DNA from: Actinomycetota bacterium
GTDB taxonomy: Bacteria; Actinomycetota; UBA4738; HRBIN12
Reading direction: 5' to 3'
Assembly (NCBI GenBank): GCA_035288045.1
Contig: DATEBA010000023.1
Location: forward strand, 3,356-67,355
Length of the DNA: 64,000 nucleotides
Under the pieces are notes generated by a model, which was not told the DNA's origin, did not search any database, and worked only from the letters and a program-made list of their open reading frames with translations. The position numbers and the translations under genes were made by a program. Shown here piece by piece: positions 50,324 to 61,927 of the stretch (within the stretch, counting starts at the first letter, position 1; each line of letters opens with the position of its first letter).

Positions 50324-51655
50324 ATGCGGCGACCCGAGGTGCCCTTCCGGGAGGCGCTCCGGTTCTGGGTCAAGCTGGGGTTCGTCAATTTCGGCGGGCC
50401 GACCGGTCAGATCGCGATCATGCACCATGAGCTCGTCGAGAAGCGCCGCTGGATGGAAGAGGACCGGTTCCTCCACGCGCTCAACTTCTGCACGCTGCTC
50501 CCTGGCCCGGAGGCGCAGCAACTCGCGATATACGTCGGGTGGCTGCTGCACAGGGCCCGGGGCGGCATCGTCGCCGGAATCGCCTTTGTGCTGCCCGCGA
50601 TGTACCTCATGCTCGGGCTCGCGTGGCTCTACGCGGTCCACGGGGAGCTCTCGTGGGTCGCGGCGGTCTTCGACGGGCTCGGGGCGGCCGTCGTGGGCAT
50701 CGTCGGCGCGGCCGTGATCCGCATCGGGGCGCGAACTCTCTCTAGCGGCGCGATGGTTGCAGTGGCCGCCGCCTCGTTCGCCGGTCTGTTCCTGTACCGG
50801 CTGCCCTTCCCCGCGGTGATCCTCGCGGCCGGCGCGCTCGGCTTCGCGGGTGGGCACCTCCGCCCGGACGTGTTCTCCACGATCCGTGACCAGAGCGATT
50901 CGAGCGAGAACCTCGACGAGGAGGTCGCGATGCACACGCGGCCGAGCTTGGGTCGGTCCGTGAGGGTCCTGGGGATCGGGCTCGCGGTCTGGTGGGCTCC
51001 GCTGGTTCTCGTCGCGCTCCTGCGCGGTCCCGGTGACGTGTTGACCGACGAGGCTCTCTTCTTCAGCAAGGCTGCTGTGGTCACGTTCGGCGGCGCCTAT
51101 GCGGTGCTCGCCTACATCGACAGGGCAGCGGTCGGCTACGGGTGGCTCACTCCGGGCGAGATGGTCACCGGCCTCGGGCTGGCCGAGTCCACGCCGGGGC
51201 CGCTCATCATGGTCACCCAGTTCGTCGGGTTCGTCGCGGCGTACCGCTCACCCGGCGGCCTGGATCCGCTGGTGGCCGGTGTCATCGGCGCGCTCGTGAC
51301 CGTATGGGCGACGTTCGCGCCGAGCTTCCTCTGGGTGTTCCTGGGAGCTCCGTACGTGGAGCGACTGCGCGGGAACGTGCGACTGCGGGGCACGCTCGCC
51401 ACGATCACCGCGGCGGTCGTCGGCGTGGTGCTCAGCCTCGCCGTCTCGTTCGCCCTCCGTGTGCTGTTCGAGGACGTTCGCGTGTTCCATCTTCTCGGCG
51501 CGACGATCCCCGTCCCGACCCCGTCCTCGCTCGATCCGTTCGCAACGGCGGTCGCGCTCATCGCCTTCCTCGGCATCTGGCGTAGCCGCTGGAACGTGGT
51601 ACCTGTGGTCATAGCGAGCGCGGCCGCGGGATGGCTGCGTTCGCTGATCTCCTGA
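50324..51655 (+). CDS. chrA: chromate transporter ChrA (two CHR domains)
   Basis: Internal ATG of ORF 50129..51655. [31 protein letters not shown] and the repeated second half ([12 protein letters not shown]) are the ChrA duplicated-domain pattern. Confidence 0.8.
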   Translation: MRRPEVPFREALRFWVKLGFVNFGGPTGQIAIMHHELVEKRRWMEEDRFLHALNFCTLLPGPEAQQLAIYVGWLLHRARGGIVAGIAFVLPAMYLMLGLAWLYAVHGELSWVAAVFDGLGAAVVGIVGAAVIRIGARTLSSGAMVAVAAASFAGLFLYRLPFPAVILAAGALGFAGGHLRPDVFSTIRDQSDSSENLDEEVAMHTRPSLGRSVRVLGIGLAVWWAPLVLVALLRGPGDVLTDEALFFSKAAVVTFGGAYAVLAYIDRAAVGYGWLTPGEMVTGLGLAESTPGPLIMVTQFVGFVAAYRSPGGLDPLVAGVIGALVTVWATFAPSFLWVFLGAPYVERLRGNVRLRGTLATITAAVVGVVLSLAVSFALRVLFEDVRVFHLLGATIPVPTPSSLDPFATAVALIAFLGIWRSRWNVVPVVIASAAAGWLRSLIS

Positions 51656-51703
51656 GCCCTCGGGGGAACTACCTACTGGTCTGCCGCCCAGCGTGGACAT
51701 ATC

Positions 51704-52120
51704 GTGGCTGTGATGCGATGGAGCCACCTCGCGACGCTGGCCCTGGTCTTGGCGGGCCTTACTCTGGGGGGGATCGGCGCGGGTGCTCGGCCCGCCGATC
51801 CACCCAACGACGCGCCCAAGGGAACCTCGTGCTTCTCAGGGGCAACGACGTTCCTCGGTGGGGACCCCTTCCCCACGCCGCAGGAAGCAGTTCAGCACTT
51901 CGTCGACATCTCGGCGGAGCAGATGGCCGAGCACGAGAAGATCTACGACTACGAGACGGTGCCGGTCGAGGAAGCCACCGTGAACGAATCGACGGTCGAG
52001 GACACCGTGACGGTGGTTCACCTAGGTCGGCTGACCACGTACACCCTCAGGGAGACCGAGAAGGGGTACGTGGTCGAGTCGATCGAGTGGCACCACGTCT
52101 GCCCGAAGGCAGATGCCTGA
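51704..52120 (+). CDS. hypothetical secreted protein
   Basis: 138 aa. Signal-like N-terminus (LATLALVLAGLTLGGIGAGA). Acidic mature part. Confidence 0.4.
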   Translation: MAVMRWSHLATLALVLAGLTLGGIGAGARPADPPNDAPKGTSCFSGATTFLGGDPFPTPQEAVQHFVDISAEQMAEHEKIYDYETVPVEEATVNESTVEDTVTVVHLGRLTTYTLRETEKGYVVESIEWHHVCPKADA

Positions 52121-52221
52121 CTGATCCCCTCCGGGGAAGACGCTCGCCGTGGAGGGTGGATCCTCTCCTCGACGGGTCCTCAGCTCGATACGATGCGACC
52201 GGCTCGAGGAAGGAGAACCGC

Positions 52222-52710
52222 ATGAAGGAGCCGTGGGACGACTGGGGTGTGGACAGGAAGCCCGGGCTGACCCGGGAGGAGATGGCCGAACGCGCCAAGC
52301 GCTCGACAGAAGCGTTCATCGCCGAGATCGAGACAATGCCCGAGGAGGCTCTCGCACGCCCGGCTGCCGTGGGTATCTGGTCGGGCCACGAGGTCGTCGC
52401 CCACTGCGTCGTGTGGCACGACTACGCGGTCGAGGTCCTTCGCAGGAGCCTCGACGGCACCTTCCGGGTCGAGGACTTCGAGTACCCGGACGAGGACGAG
52501 TACAACGAGCGCACCGCCGCGGAGCTGGCACCACTCGCGACCACCGAGCTCCTCGGCCGGCTGCGCTCCGCGGCCGACATGGTCGGTGAGCTACTGGAGC
52601 GCCTTCCCGAGGATGAATGGCGCGCGCGCGATCGCTACGAGGTCGTCGTCACCGGGGAGCTGGTCGACCATCTCGACGAGCACATGGAGGACCTCCGCAA
52701 GCTGGGCTAG
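52222..52710 (+). CDS. DinB_2/mycothiol-maleylpyruvate-isomerase-N-like (DinB/YfiT superfamily) protein
   Basis: ATG inside ORF 51631..52710 with an AAGGAG RBS. ...WSGHEVVAHCVVWHDYAVEVLRR... His-rich four-helix-bundle pattern. Confidence 0.5.
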   Translation: MKEPWDDWGVDRKPGLTREEMAERAKRSTEAFIAEIETMPEEALARPAAVGIWSGHEVVAHCVVWHDYAVEVLRRSLDGTFRVEDFEYPDEDEYNERTAAELAPLATTELLGRLRSAADMVGELLERLPEDEWRARDRYEVVVTGELVDHLDEHMEDLRKLG

Positions 52711-53675
52711 ACGCCGCGCACGACCCGGCCGGTCCTGACGACGATCCTCACGTCGGCGAGCGCGTCCAGGCCTTCCAGCGGATCGCTCCCGACCGCCACC
52801 AGATCGGCGGGGCTGCCCGGTTCGAGCGGGCCGGGCGTCATGGCCTCGAGCACCTCCTCGGGCGACATGCCGATCGCCTCGTGCAGCAGCAGCGCCTCCC
52901 GAACGTCGATCCCCGGTGGTATCGGCCCGTTGCCCAGGTCGGTGCCGTAGACGATGGGTCCGCCGGCGGCGCGGAACCGGACGAGGTTGTCCGCGGCCGT
53001 GCGCAGCTCCGGCGTGACCTCGCCGTAGGAGAGGATGTCCAGCGTCGACACGATCCGCAGTGTGCGCGCGGCCGCCTCGAGCACCCGATCTTCCACGCGC
53101 TCGCCCCAAGGCGCGTGCGCGAGCTCGTCGACGCCGGCCCCGACCGCGCGCTCGACCTGACCCTCGCCCTGCGCGTGGGCGGTCACCGGCAACCCGCGTC
53201 CGTGCGCAGCCTCGCAGATTCCCGATAGCTCCGAGTCCGACAGGGTCGGCCCTGCCTCGGCGTTCAGAGAGACCTTGATCGCGGTCGCCCCCCGGTCGGC
53301 CAGTTTCCCCACCTCGGCCGCGGCTTCGTCGCTGCCGGAGACCTCGAGGCCCGTCCCGGCGGGTCCCCAGCCCGCCCGGGTCGGGTACCCTCCGGGCGCC
53401 GTCAGCATCGGCCCGGTGGCGCGCACGAGCGGCCCGTTGAACGAGGGCAGCTCGGACGCCTCGGCGAGCGCGAAGATCTCGTCGGCCGGCCACGCCAGGT
53501 CGCGCACGGCCGTGACGCCGCCCAGGAGGACGGCCGCAGGGTCCGAGAGCAGAACGTGCACGTGCCGATCGGCCACCGCCGGCATCAGGAACCCGTCGAC
53601 CTCCAGCCGCTCGTCGACCGGCGGGGCACCCGCCGACGGTCCCGCGTATGCAACAACGCCATCCTCTGCGACCAC
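52707..53675 (-). CDS. amidohydrolase-family metal-dependent hydrolase
   Basis: ORF 322 aa. ADRHVHV, VTAHAQG, YGTDLGN are partial amidohydrolase metal-ligand motifs. The N-terminus may extend upstream. Confidence 0.5.
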   Translation of the reverse strand: MVAEDGVVAYAGPSAGAPPVDERLEVDGFLMPAVADRHVHVLLSDPAAVLLGGVTAVRDLAWPADEIFALAEASELPSFNGPLVRATGPMLTAPGGYPTRAGWGPAGTGLEVSGSDEAAAEVGKLADRGATAIKVSLNAEAGPTLSDSELSGICEAAHGRGLPVTAHAQGEGQVERAVGAGVDELAHAPWGERVEDRVLEAAARTLRIVSTLDILSYGEVTPELRTAADNLVRFRAAGGPIVYGTDLGNGPIPPGIDVREALLLHEAIGMSPEEVLEAMTPGPLEPGSPADLVAVGSDPLEGLDALADVRIVVRTGRVVRGV

Positions 53676-53745
53676 GCCGCAGTGACGTACCAGGCGGCCC
53701 GCACCTAGCCAGCCGAGGGGGGCCTTTACGAGGAGGCTCCCCAGC

Positions 53746-55761
<2,016 letters not shown>

Positions 55762-55795
55762 GGACCGATTGTATGGCCCAACCGCGACACGGGAT
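55762..55795 (-). promoter_or_regulatory. candidate leaderless promoter of uvrB with RecA-NDp-like (PafBC-type) upstream motif
   Basis: Minus strand: TGTCG-cggttgggcca(11 nt)-TACAAT-cggtcc-GTG(uvrB start). The -10 hexamer is 6 nt upstream of the start codon, and the TGTCG element sits at the spacing reported for the mycobacterial RecA-independent DNA-damage promoter. Confidence 0.4.
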
Positions 55796-55811
55796 CGGCG
55801 ATCGGTGAGCT

Positions 55812-56558
55812 TCAGAGCCTGCCGGCCTCGACGATCCGCTGGAGGAACTGCTTCGTCCGCGGCTCCCGGGGCGCCGAGAAGATCTGCTCGGGTGGGCCCT
55901 CCTCCAGGATCACGCCGTCGTCCAGGAAGCACACCCTGCTCGCGATGTCCCGTGCAAATCCCATCTCGTGGGTCGCGATCAGCATCGTCATGCCGGCCGC
56001 GGCAAGCTCGCGGATGACGTTCAAGACCTCGGCGATGAGCTCCGGGTCCAGCGCGCTCGTGACCTCGTCCAGCAGCATGATGTCCGGGCGCATCGCGAGA
56101 GCCCTGACGATCGCCACGCGCTGCTGCTGGCCGCCTGAGAGCCTGTCTGGATACTCCTCCGCTTTGTCGGCAAGACCGAACCGTTCGAGCAGCTCGCGCG
56201 CCTCGTCATCCGCATCGGTGCGCTGCTTGCCGAGCACCTTCTCCGGCGCCAGTGTGACGTTCCGGAGGACCGACATGTGCGGGAACAGGTTGAACGCCTG
56301 GAACACGATGCCTATCCGCCGACGGATCCGGTCCTCGTCGACTCCGCGTGCGGTGATGTCCTCACCGTGCACGATGATCCTGCCGGCATCGACCGGCTCC
56401 AGCAGGTTCACGCATCGCAGCATCGTCGACTTCCCCGACCCGGATGCACCGATCAGGCAGACGACCTCGTGCTCCGCGAGCGAAAGGTCGACCCCCCGGA
56501 GCACGCGGTTGCCGTCGAAGGACTTGTGCACGCCCTCCAGCCGAAGCGCTTCCTTCAC
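55812..56558 (-). CDS. polar amino acid ABC transporter ATP-binding protein
   Basis: ORF 248 aa. GASGSGKST Walker [24 protein letters not shown]. Confidence 0.85.
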   Translation of the reverse strand: MKEALRLEGVHKSFDGNRVLRGVDLSLAEHEVVCLIGASGSGKSTMLRCVNLLEPVDAGRIIVHGEDITARGVDEDRIRRRIGIVFQAFNLFPHMSVLRNVTLAPEKVLGKQRTDADDEARELLERFGLADKAEEYPDRLSGGQQQRVAIVRALAMRPDIMLLDEVTSALDPELIAEVLNVIRELAAAGMTMLIATHEMGFARDIASRVCFLDDGVILEEGPPEQIFSAPREPRTKQFLQRIVEAGRL

Positions 56559-57445
56559 GGGGCTCCCCGCGCGGCGCGGCGCCGACGGTCCCGCTCGATG
56601 AGGTGGTCGGTGAAGCGCGCGAGCGGGATCGTGACCAGGATGAACAGGAACGCGGACACCACGAAGCTTGAGTAGTTGAACCGGTACGCCGAGTAGATCT
56701 GAGCGGCGCGCGCGGCCTCGATCACGCCGAGGACAGCCAGAAGCGCCGTGTCCTTCTGGAGGCTCACGAAGTCATTGAGGAGCGGGGGGATCACCCGCCG
56801 GATCGCCTGTGGAAGCACCACGTACCTGAGGGACTGCCACCTGGAAAGGCCGAGGGACCGAGCCGCGGCCATCTGGCTGGCGTGAACGGACTCGATCCCG
56901 GCCCGGTACACCTCCGACACGTAGGCAGCGTAGGAAAGGACCAGGGCGGCCGTTCCGTAAACCACCTCGTCCTGCGTGGAGAGCCCCCGGATCTGGAGAG
57001 CCGGGATCCCGAAACCGAAGATGTAGATGACCAGGAGCAGGGGCGTGCCGCGGAACAGGTCCGTGTACATGATCGCCACGAGCCGGAACGGGAAGAAGAC
57101 CGGACCGGGGATCTGGCGAACGACGGCGACGACGAGCGCCAGGACCAGGATCAGGACCTCGGCGACGAGGAACACCTCGACGTTCAGGAGGAAGGATGGC
57201 GCGATCCCCGGGAGCCCCTCCTCGGGCACCCCGAGCAATGAGTCCTTCATAGCCGCCCAGTCGAAGAACCCCTCCCTTACGCTCTTGAAGCCGGGCGCCA
57301 GAACGACGATCAGCGCGAGCGCCCCGAAGAAGATGACGGTGCTCGCGGTGGAGATCAGGACGCCGCGGTTCCCAAGCAGCCGCGAGCCGCCGTGCCCGGA
57401 CAGGGGGTCGGGTTCCCCCGCCTCGTCGACCGAGGGCCCGGTCAT
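56555..57445 (-). CDS. polar amino acid ABC transporter permease
   Basis: ORF 296 aa. Multi-TM with conserved EAARSLGLS loop (His/Gln/Glu/Arg/opine permease family). Confidence 0.8.
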   Translation of the reverse strand: MTGPSVDEAGEPDPLSGHGGSRLLGNRGVLISTASTVIFFGALALIVVLAPGFKSVREGFFDWAAMKDSLLGVPEEGLPGIAPSFLLNVEVFLVAEVLILVLALVVAVVRQIPGPVFFPFRLVAIMYTDLFRGTPLLLVIYIFGFGIPALQIRGLSTQDEVVYGTAALVLSYAAYVSEVYRAGIESVHASQMAAARSLGLSRWQSLRYVVLPQAIRRVIPPLLNDFVSLQKDTALLAVLGVIEAARAAQIYSAYRFNYSSFVVSAFLFILVTIPLARFTDHLIERDRRRRAARGAP

Positions 57446-57464
57446 CTCGAGCCCGTGCGATCCG

Positions 57465-58310
57465 TTACTGGATGACGAGGACGGCTAGGTAGTCGGCGAG
57501 CCACTCGTCCTGGAGCGTCGACAGCGTCCCGTCGCCCTTCATGTCGGCGAGCACCTCGTTCACGCAGTCTCGCAGCGGGTTGCCCTCTTCGAACAGGAGC
57601 CCCAGATGCTCCCCTGTGCTGGGGAACTGTCCGACGAGCGCGCTCCCCTTGGTGCCGATCGTCGCCTCGTAGTAGGCAGTAGGCAGGTCCAGGATCAGGC
57701 CGTCGACGCTGCCGTTCTTGAGCGCGGACTTCGCGTCGCTCGTGGTGTCGAACACCTTCGCCTGCTGGCTGGGCTGGATGACCGTGTTGATGAACGTGAG
57801 GCTCGTGGTCCCGACCTGTGCGCCGTAGACGTAGTCCTTGACCTCGGTCAGTGTGGTGGCGCCTTCCAGCGGCGAGCCCTCGAGCACTAGAAGGGCCTGG
57901 GTCAGGTCGTAGTACCCGTCGCTGAAGTCGACCGCCTGCTCCCGCTCCTCCGTCACCGATATGTTGTTGATGTCGAAGTCGAAGTCCTTCGGCCCGGGTG
58001 CGTAGGACTTGTTGAAGGGTTCGATCACCCACTCGACCTCCGACGCCGAGAACCCCAGGCGCTCGGCCACCTCGTAGGCCAACGCGCCCTCGAATCCCTT
58101 GCCGTTCGTCGGGTCGTTCTTGATGATCCACGGCGGGAACGAGGGGTCATCCGTGGCTATCGTCAGCTGCCCGCGGGTAAGCAGCGGCAGGTTCTCCTTG
58201 GCGCAGGCCTCCGAGCCGGTGGCGGTCGGCGGCGTGACCGACGGCTGATCATCGGCGCAGGCCGCGAGGAAAAGCCCCGACACCGCCAGGGTCGCGAGGA
58301 TCTTGCGCAT
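57465..58310 (-). CDS. amino acid ABC transporter substrate-binding lipoprotein (family 3)
   Basis: Internal ATG M25 of ORF 57465..58382. MRKILATLAVSGLFLAAC lipobox. Periplasmic-binding fold pattern. Confidence 0.75.
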   Translation of the reverse strand: MRKILATLAVSGLFLAACADDQPSVTPPTATGSEACAKENLPLLTRGQLTIATDDPSFPPWIIKNDPTNGKGFEGALAYEVAERLGFSASEVEWVIEPFNKSYAPGPKDFDFDINNISVTEEREQAVDFSDGYYDLTQALLVLEGSPLEGATTLTEVKDYVYGAQVGTTSLTFINTVIQPSQQAKVFDTTSDAKSALKNGSVDGLILDLPTAYYEATIGTKGSALVGQFPSTGEHLGLLFEEGNPLRDCVNEVLADMKGDGTLSTLQDEWLADYLAVLVIQ

Positions 58311-58385
58311 GGGTACTACCCCCTCTTGTCGTCTCCCACCGTGGATACGGCGCCCGCGGCGCTCGAGGTCGGAGCCTAGCACGCG

Positions 58386-59276
58386 CTAGCCGAGCGGCAG
58401 CAGCGGCACGTCCTCCCGCGACAGCAGCCAGCGATCTTCGAGCGCCTGGAGCGTCCCGTTCTCGCGAAGCCGGTCGAGCACCGCGTTCACGCACCGCACC
58501 AGGGAGCTTCCGGCCGGCATGACGAGCGCGTACTCATCGCCGGTCACCACCCGGCCGACGGTCTCGAGGTCGGGGTGGACCGATTCCGCCCACCTAGCCA
58601 TCGTGAGGTCCAGGAACAGGGCGTCCACCTCGCCGCTCTGGATCGCGGCCAGCCCCTGCTCAGGCCCCTGGAACGCGAACGGACGCTCCTTCGGCCGGAT
58701 CACCGTGTCGATCACCCGCAGCCCGGAGCGACCGACGAGCGCGCCGAGCCGGAAGGGGCGAAGGTCGGTCAGGCTGGTTGCGCCCCCGACCGGTCCGTCG
58801 CCCTTAGCCAGGATCGCCTGGTCGACCTGGTAGTAGCCCTCCGAGAGGTCGGCCTCGGTCTCGCGCTCCGGCCGAGCAAGCGCCCTGCCTAAGAAGATGT
58901 CGAATCGCTTTTCCCCCGGCGCGAATGCGTCCCAGAAGGCTACGTCTGTCCACTCGACCGCGTCTCGGTTGATGCCCAGCCCCGCGGCAACCTCGTACGC
59001 GAGAGCACCCTCGAAGCCCTCGCCGCTCGTGACGTCCCGGGAGAACCACGGCAGACGGCCGGGCAGGTCCGTCGCGAAGGTGATCGCGCCATCCCGCCGG
59101 AGCGGCGGGTCTTCGACATCGCAGGTCGGCGTTCCGTCGTCGGCGACGGGTCCGCTCGTCTCCAGTGGGGAGGAGGGACGGCCCGCGAAGTAGGCTCCCG
59201 CGCCGATCCCCCCCGCGACTGCGAGGACGAGGACCGATGCGAACAGCTTGCCGACCCGGCCAGAAAGTGCGCTCAT
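58386..59276 (-). CDS. amino acid ABC transporter substrate-binding protein (family 3), second copy
   Basis: ORF 296 aa. N-terminal TM/signal. Paralogous to 57465..58310 (EGFEGALAYEVAA..., GLGI...). Confidence 0.7.
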   Translation of the reverse strand: MSALSGRVGKLFASVLVLAVAGGIGAGAYFAGRPSSPLETSGPVADDGTPTCDVEDPPLRRDGAITFATDLPGRLPWFSRDVTSGEGFEGALAYEVAAGLGINRDAVEWTDVAFWDAFAPGEKRFDIFLGRALARPERETEADLSEGYYQVDQAILAKGDGPVGGATSLTDLRPFRLGALVGRSGLRVIDTVIRPKERPFAFQGPEQGLAAIQSGEVDALFLDLTMARWAESVHPDLETVGRVVTGDEYALVMPAGSSLVRCVNAVLDRLRENGTLQALEDRWLLSREDVPLLPLG

Positions 59277-60319
59277 CCCGAGGGAGGGTACCCGAGCCGC
59301 TTGTCGACCCGGTTGTGAAGAGGCGCTCCTCGCAAGAACCGGTCGAAGTTGTCGAGGAACAGCTCCACGAGTGCCGCTTCGTAGCCCTCGAAGTCGCCCG
59401 ACATGTGCGGCAGAACGAGCACGTTCGGCATCCCCCAGAGCGGGCTGTCGGCGGGAAGCGGCTCCTGCTCGAAGACGTCAAGGGCCGCGCCGGCGATCCT
59501 CCCCTCCCGGAGCGCGGCGACGAGCGCCGACTCGTCGACGGTCCCACCGCGCCCCACGTTCACGAACCGCGCGGTCGGTCGCATCAGCGCGAACTCGTCG
59601 GCGCCGAGGAGACGGCGCGTCTCCGACGTCAGCGGCAGGGCGTTCACGACGTAGTCGGCCCCCCCGAGCACCTCGTGGAGGCTCCCGACGCCTGCCACCT
59701 CGCCGAAGACGTCGTCCTCGCGCGCCGTTCGCGCGACCGCGGAGGCTCGCATCCCGAGCGCCTTCGCCTTTGCTCCGATCGCCCGCCCTATCGATCCCGC
59801 GCCGAGGACGAGGAGCGAGCTTCCCGCCAGCCGACCCGTGTAGCGGTGCTCCCAGAGTCGCACCCGTTGGCGATCCAGGATCCCGGGCAGGTCCACGACG
59901 ACCGCCAGCAGCAGCCCCACGACGCATTCGGCTATCGACTCGTCGAAGATCCCGCGCGCGTTCGTGAGCTCGACGTCGCTCTCGACGAGTCCGGGGAATA
60001 GCACCTCGTCGACGCCGGCCGATGACGCCTGGACCCACCGGAGCCGGGTGGCCGACGGCCAGGCCGCCTCTAGGAGCTCGCGGCCGTGGTCCCAGAGGAG
60101 CGCGACCTCGGCGCCCTCGAACGCACGGGCGGCCTGTTCGCGTGAACCCGCGTAGCGAACCTCGGCACGCCCCACCAGCGCGTCGATACCGGGAGGCGGG
60201 TCGGCCTCCGTTCCGGTTACGACGACGGCGAGCTCGCTCACGGCAGCGGTCGCCGCCCGGCGAACCCGGACTCGAGGTCGTGCCAGTGACCCACTCGCGT
60301 CTCCCCGAGCCGCCAACAC
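59273..60319 (-). CDS. D-isomer-specific 2-hydroxyacid dehydrogenase family protein
   Basis: ORF 348 aa. NAD-binding GAGSIGRAIG, catalytic His context PHMSG, ALDVFEQEP. Start uncertain. Confidence 0.75.
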   Translation of the reverse strand: MLAARGDASGSLARPRVRVRRAATAAVSELAVVVTGTEADPPPGIDALVGRAEVRYAGSREQAARAFEGAEVALLWDHGRELLEAAWPSATRLRWVQASSAGVDEVLFPGLVESDVELTNARGIFDESIAECVVGLLLAVVVDLPGILDRQRVRLWEHRYTGRLAGSSLLVLGAGSIGRAIGAKAKALGMRASAVARTAREDDVFGEVAGVGSLHEVLGGADYVVNALPLTSETRRLLGADEFALMRPTARFVNVGRGGTVDESALVAALREGRIAGAALDVFEQEPLPADSPLWGMPNVLVLPHMSGDFEGYEAALVELFLDNFDRFLRGAPLHNRVDKRLGYPPSG

Positions 60320-60609
60320 AGGTACACCCGTCGCCCGTCCAGCTCACCGGGGAAATCCACGAGCCCGGTCTCCGGATCGCGCAGCAGGATCCCGAGCTCC
60401 GCGAGGTGCTCGACGTGCCCGCGGAGGGTCCGGATGGCGTTCCAGTACTCGGTCCCCTCGTGCCCTCCCCCGTCGGAGGCGACCATCTCCTTGATCCGCT
60501 CGCCCGCGCGAAGTACCACCTGTCTCGCCTCGCGGATCGCCGGCAGGATCTCCTCCAGCTCGGAGAGCATCGCGTTGGCCTCGTCGACGGAGTACGTGCG
60601 CTCGGTCAC
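60238..60609 (-). CDS. conserved hypothetical protein (DUF2203-like)
   Basis: GTG start inside ORF 60238..61125, overlapping the HAD gene's stop as GTGA. VTERTYSVDEANAMLSELEEILPAIREARQ... ~123 aa. The longer ORF N-terminus overlaps the HAD gene in another frame and was rejected. Confidence 0.45.
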   Translation of the reverse strand: MTERTYSVDEANAMLSELEEILPAIREARQVVLRAGERIKEMVASDGGGHEGTEYWNAIRTLRGHVEHLAELGILLRDPETGLVDFPGELDGRRVYLCWRLGETRVGHWHDLESGFAGRRPLP

Positions 60610-61307
60610 GGGAGCCCGAGCACCTCCGGGAGCTCGGCCATCGACGTGATCCTCGTCCCCGGTGCGTTCGGGTACCTCCCGCGCCTGTCGATCAATACAG
60701 GGAACATGCCGAGCGCCCGTGCGGGATCGACGTCGAAGACCGGACTGTCCCCAACGTGAGCGGACTCGCCCGCCTGCACGCCGGCACGATCGAGCGCCAG
60801 CTCGAAGATGCGCGGGTCGGGCTTCTCGATCCCCTCCACGCCGGATATCACCCGCACGTCGAAGAACCTCGCCACGCCCAGAGCGTCGAGGAGCCGCTCC
60901 AGCCACTCCTCGAAGTTCGACACCACGCCCAGCGTGAGCCCGGCGCCGTGCAGCCGCTCGAGCGCCTCCGGCACGTCCTCGAACAGGCCGTAGTTCGCGA
61001 GATCGGTGAACTCGGCGTAGAGCTTCTCCGCGAGCCCGTCGTCGGTTGGGAGGCCGCACTCGCCGAGGAATATCTCGTACACCGATAGCCAGAACGCCCT
61101 CGACTTCTCCGGTGACGTGGTCCAAAGCTCGTTCTCATCCGCCGCCCGCGAGAACCGGTCGGAGACGACGTGTACTCGCTGGAGCAGGAAGGCGGGGTCG
61201 ACGTGGTGCCCCTCCCGCCGGAGGACCTCAGACATGAGCTCCGGGAAGGAGGGGTGGGGGTGCACCAAGGTCTCCCCCGCGTCGAAGAAGACGGCGCGGA
61301 ATCTCAC
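60606..61307 (-). CDS. HAD-superfamily hydrolase
   Basis: ORF 233 aa. FFDAGETLV (DxG motif I), VVSNF (motif II), GD (motif IV) at HVGDSP. Confidence 0.8.
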   Translation of the reverse strand: MRFRAVFFDAGETLVHPHPSFPELMSEVLRREGHHVDPAFLLQRVHVVSDRFSRAADENELWTTSPEKSRAFWLSVYEIFLGECGLPTDDGLAEKLYAEFTDLANYGLFEDVPEALERLHGAGLTLGVVSNFEEWLERLLDALGVARFFDVRVISGVEGIEKPDPRIFELALDRAGVQAGESAHVGDSPVFDVDPARALGMFPVLIDRRGRYPNAPGTRITSMAELPEVLGLP

Positions 61308-61921
61308 GGCCCGATGATAGGTCGGCGACCGGCTCGCGCGACGAGATCGCGCCAGAGGCGATTGACCTGAGCCTCGAGCTCGGCGGTTGTGCCGCCGTTG
61401 TCGAGGACGAAGTCCGCCTGCTCGGCCTTGTCCTCGGTGGGCATCTGAGCGGCCATCCTCGCGCGCGCCTCTTCCGCCGGCATTCCCCTCGCTTCGAGCC
61501 GAGCCACCTGCGCTTCCGCCGGCGCCGTCACCACCACCAGGACGTCGAACTCGGCCCGGCGCCCGGCCTCCACGATCAGCGGCGCGTCGTAGACGACGAT
61601 CCCACCGGTGTCCCGATGGGGCTCCACGGCTTCCTCGAACCGCCGGCGGACGTCCGGGTGCACGATGCGTTCGAGTTTCCCGCGCAGAGCCCCGTCGGCG
61701 AACACGAGTCGCGCGAGCTTCGCTCGATCGATTTCGTCGTCCGCTCCGACGATCTCGCGTCCGAACGCCCGGACGACCTCGGCATAGGTGTCGGTCCCCT
61801 GGCGCAGGGCGTCGCGCGCGAGCGCGTCGGCATCGAACACCACGGCACCGCGCTCCGCCAGCATCCCAGCCGCTGTGGACTTGCCCGAGCCGATGCCGCC
61901 GGTGAGCCCGACGAGGAGCAC
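61304..61921 (-). CDS. coaE: dephospho-CoA kinase
   Basis: ORF 205 aa. GLTGGIGSGKST P-loop. Typical CoaE length. Confidence 0.85.
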   Translation of the reverse strand: MLLVGLTGGIGSGKSTAAGMLAERGAVVFDADALARDALRQGTDTYAEVVRAFGREIVGADDEIDRAKLARLVFADGALRGKLERIVHPDVRRRFEEAVEPHRDTGGIVVYDAPLIVEAGRRAEFDVLVVVTAPAEAQVARLEARGMPAEEARARMAAQMPTEDKAEQADFVLDNGGTTAELEAQVNRLWRDLVARAGRRPIIGP

Positions 61922-61927
61922 GGACGC

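Noticed and set aside
60610-61125. N-terminal 170 aa of ORF 60238..61125
   Set aside because: Overlaps the well-supported HAD hydrolase gene in a different frame. Only the C-terminal 123 aa after an internal GTG look protein-like.
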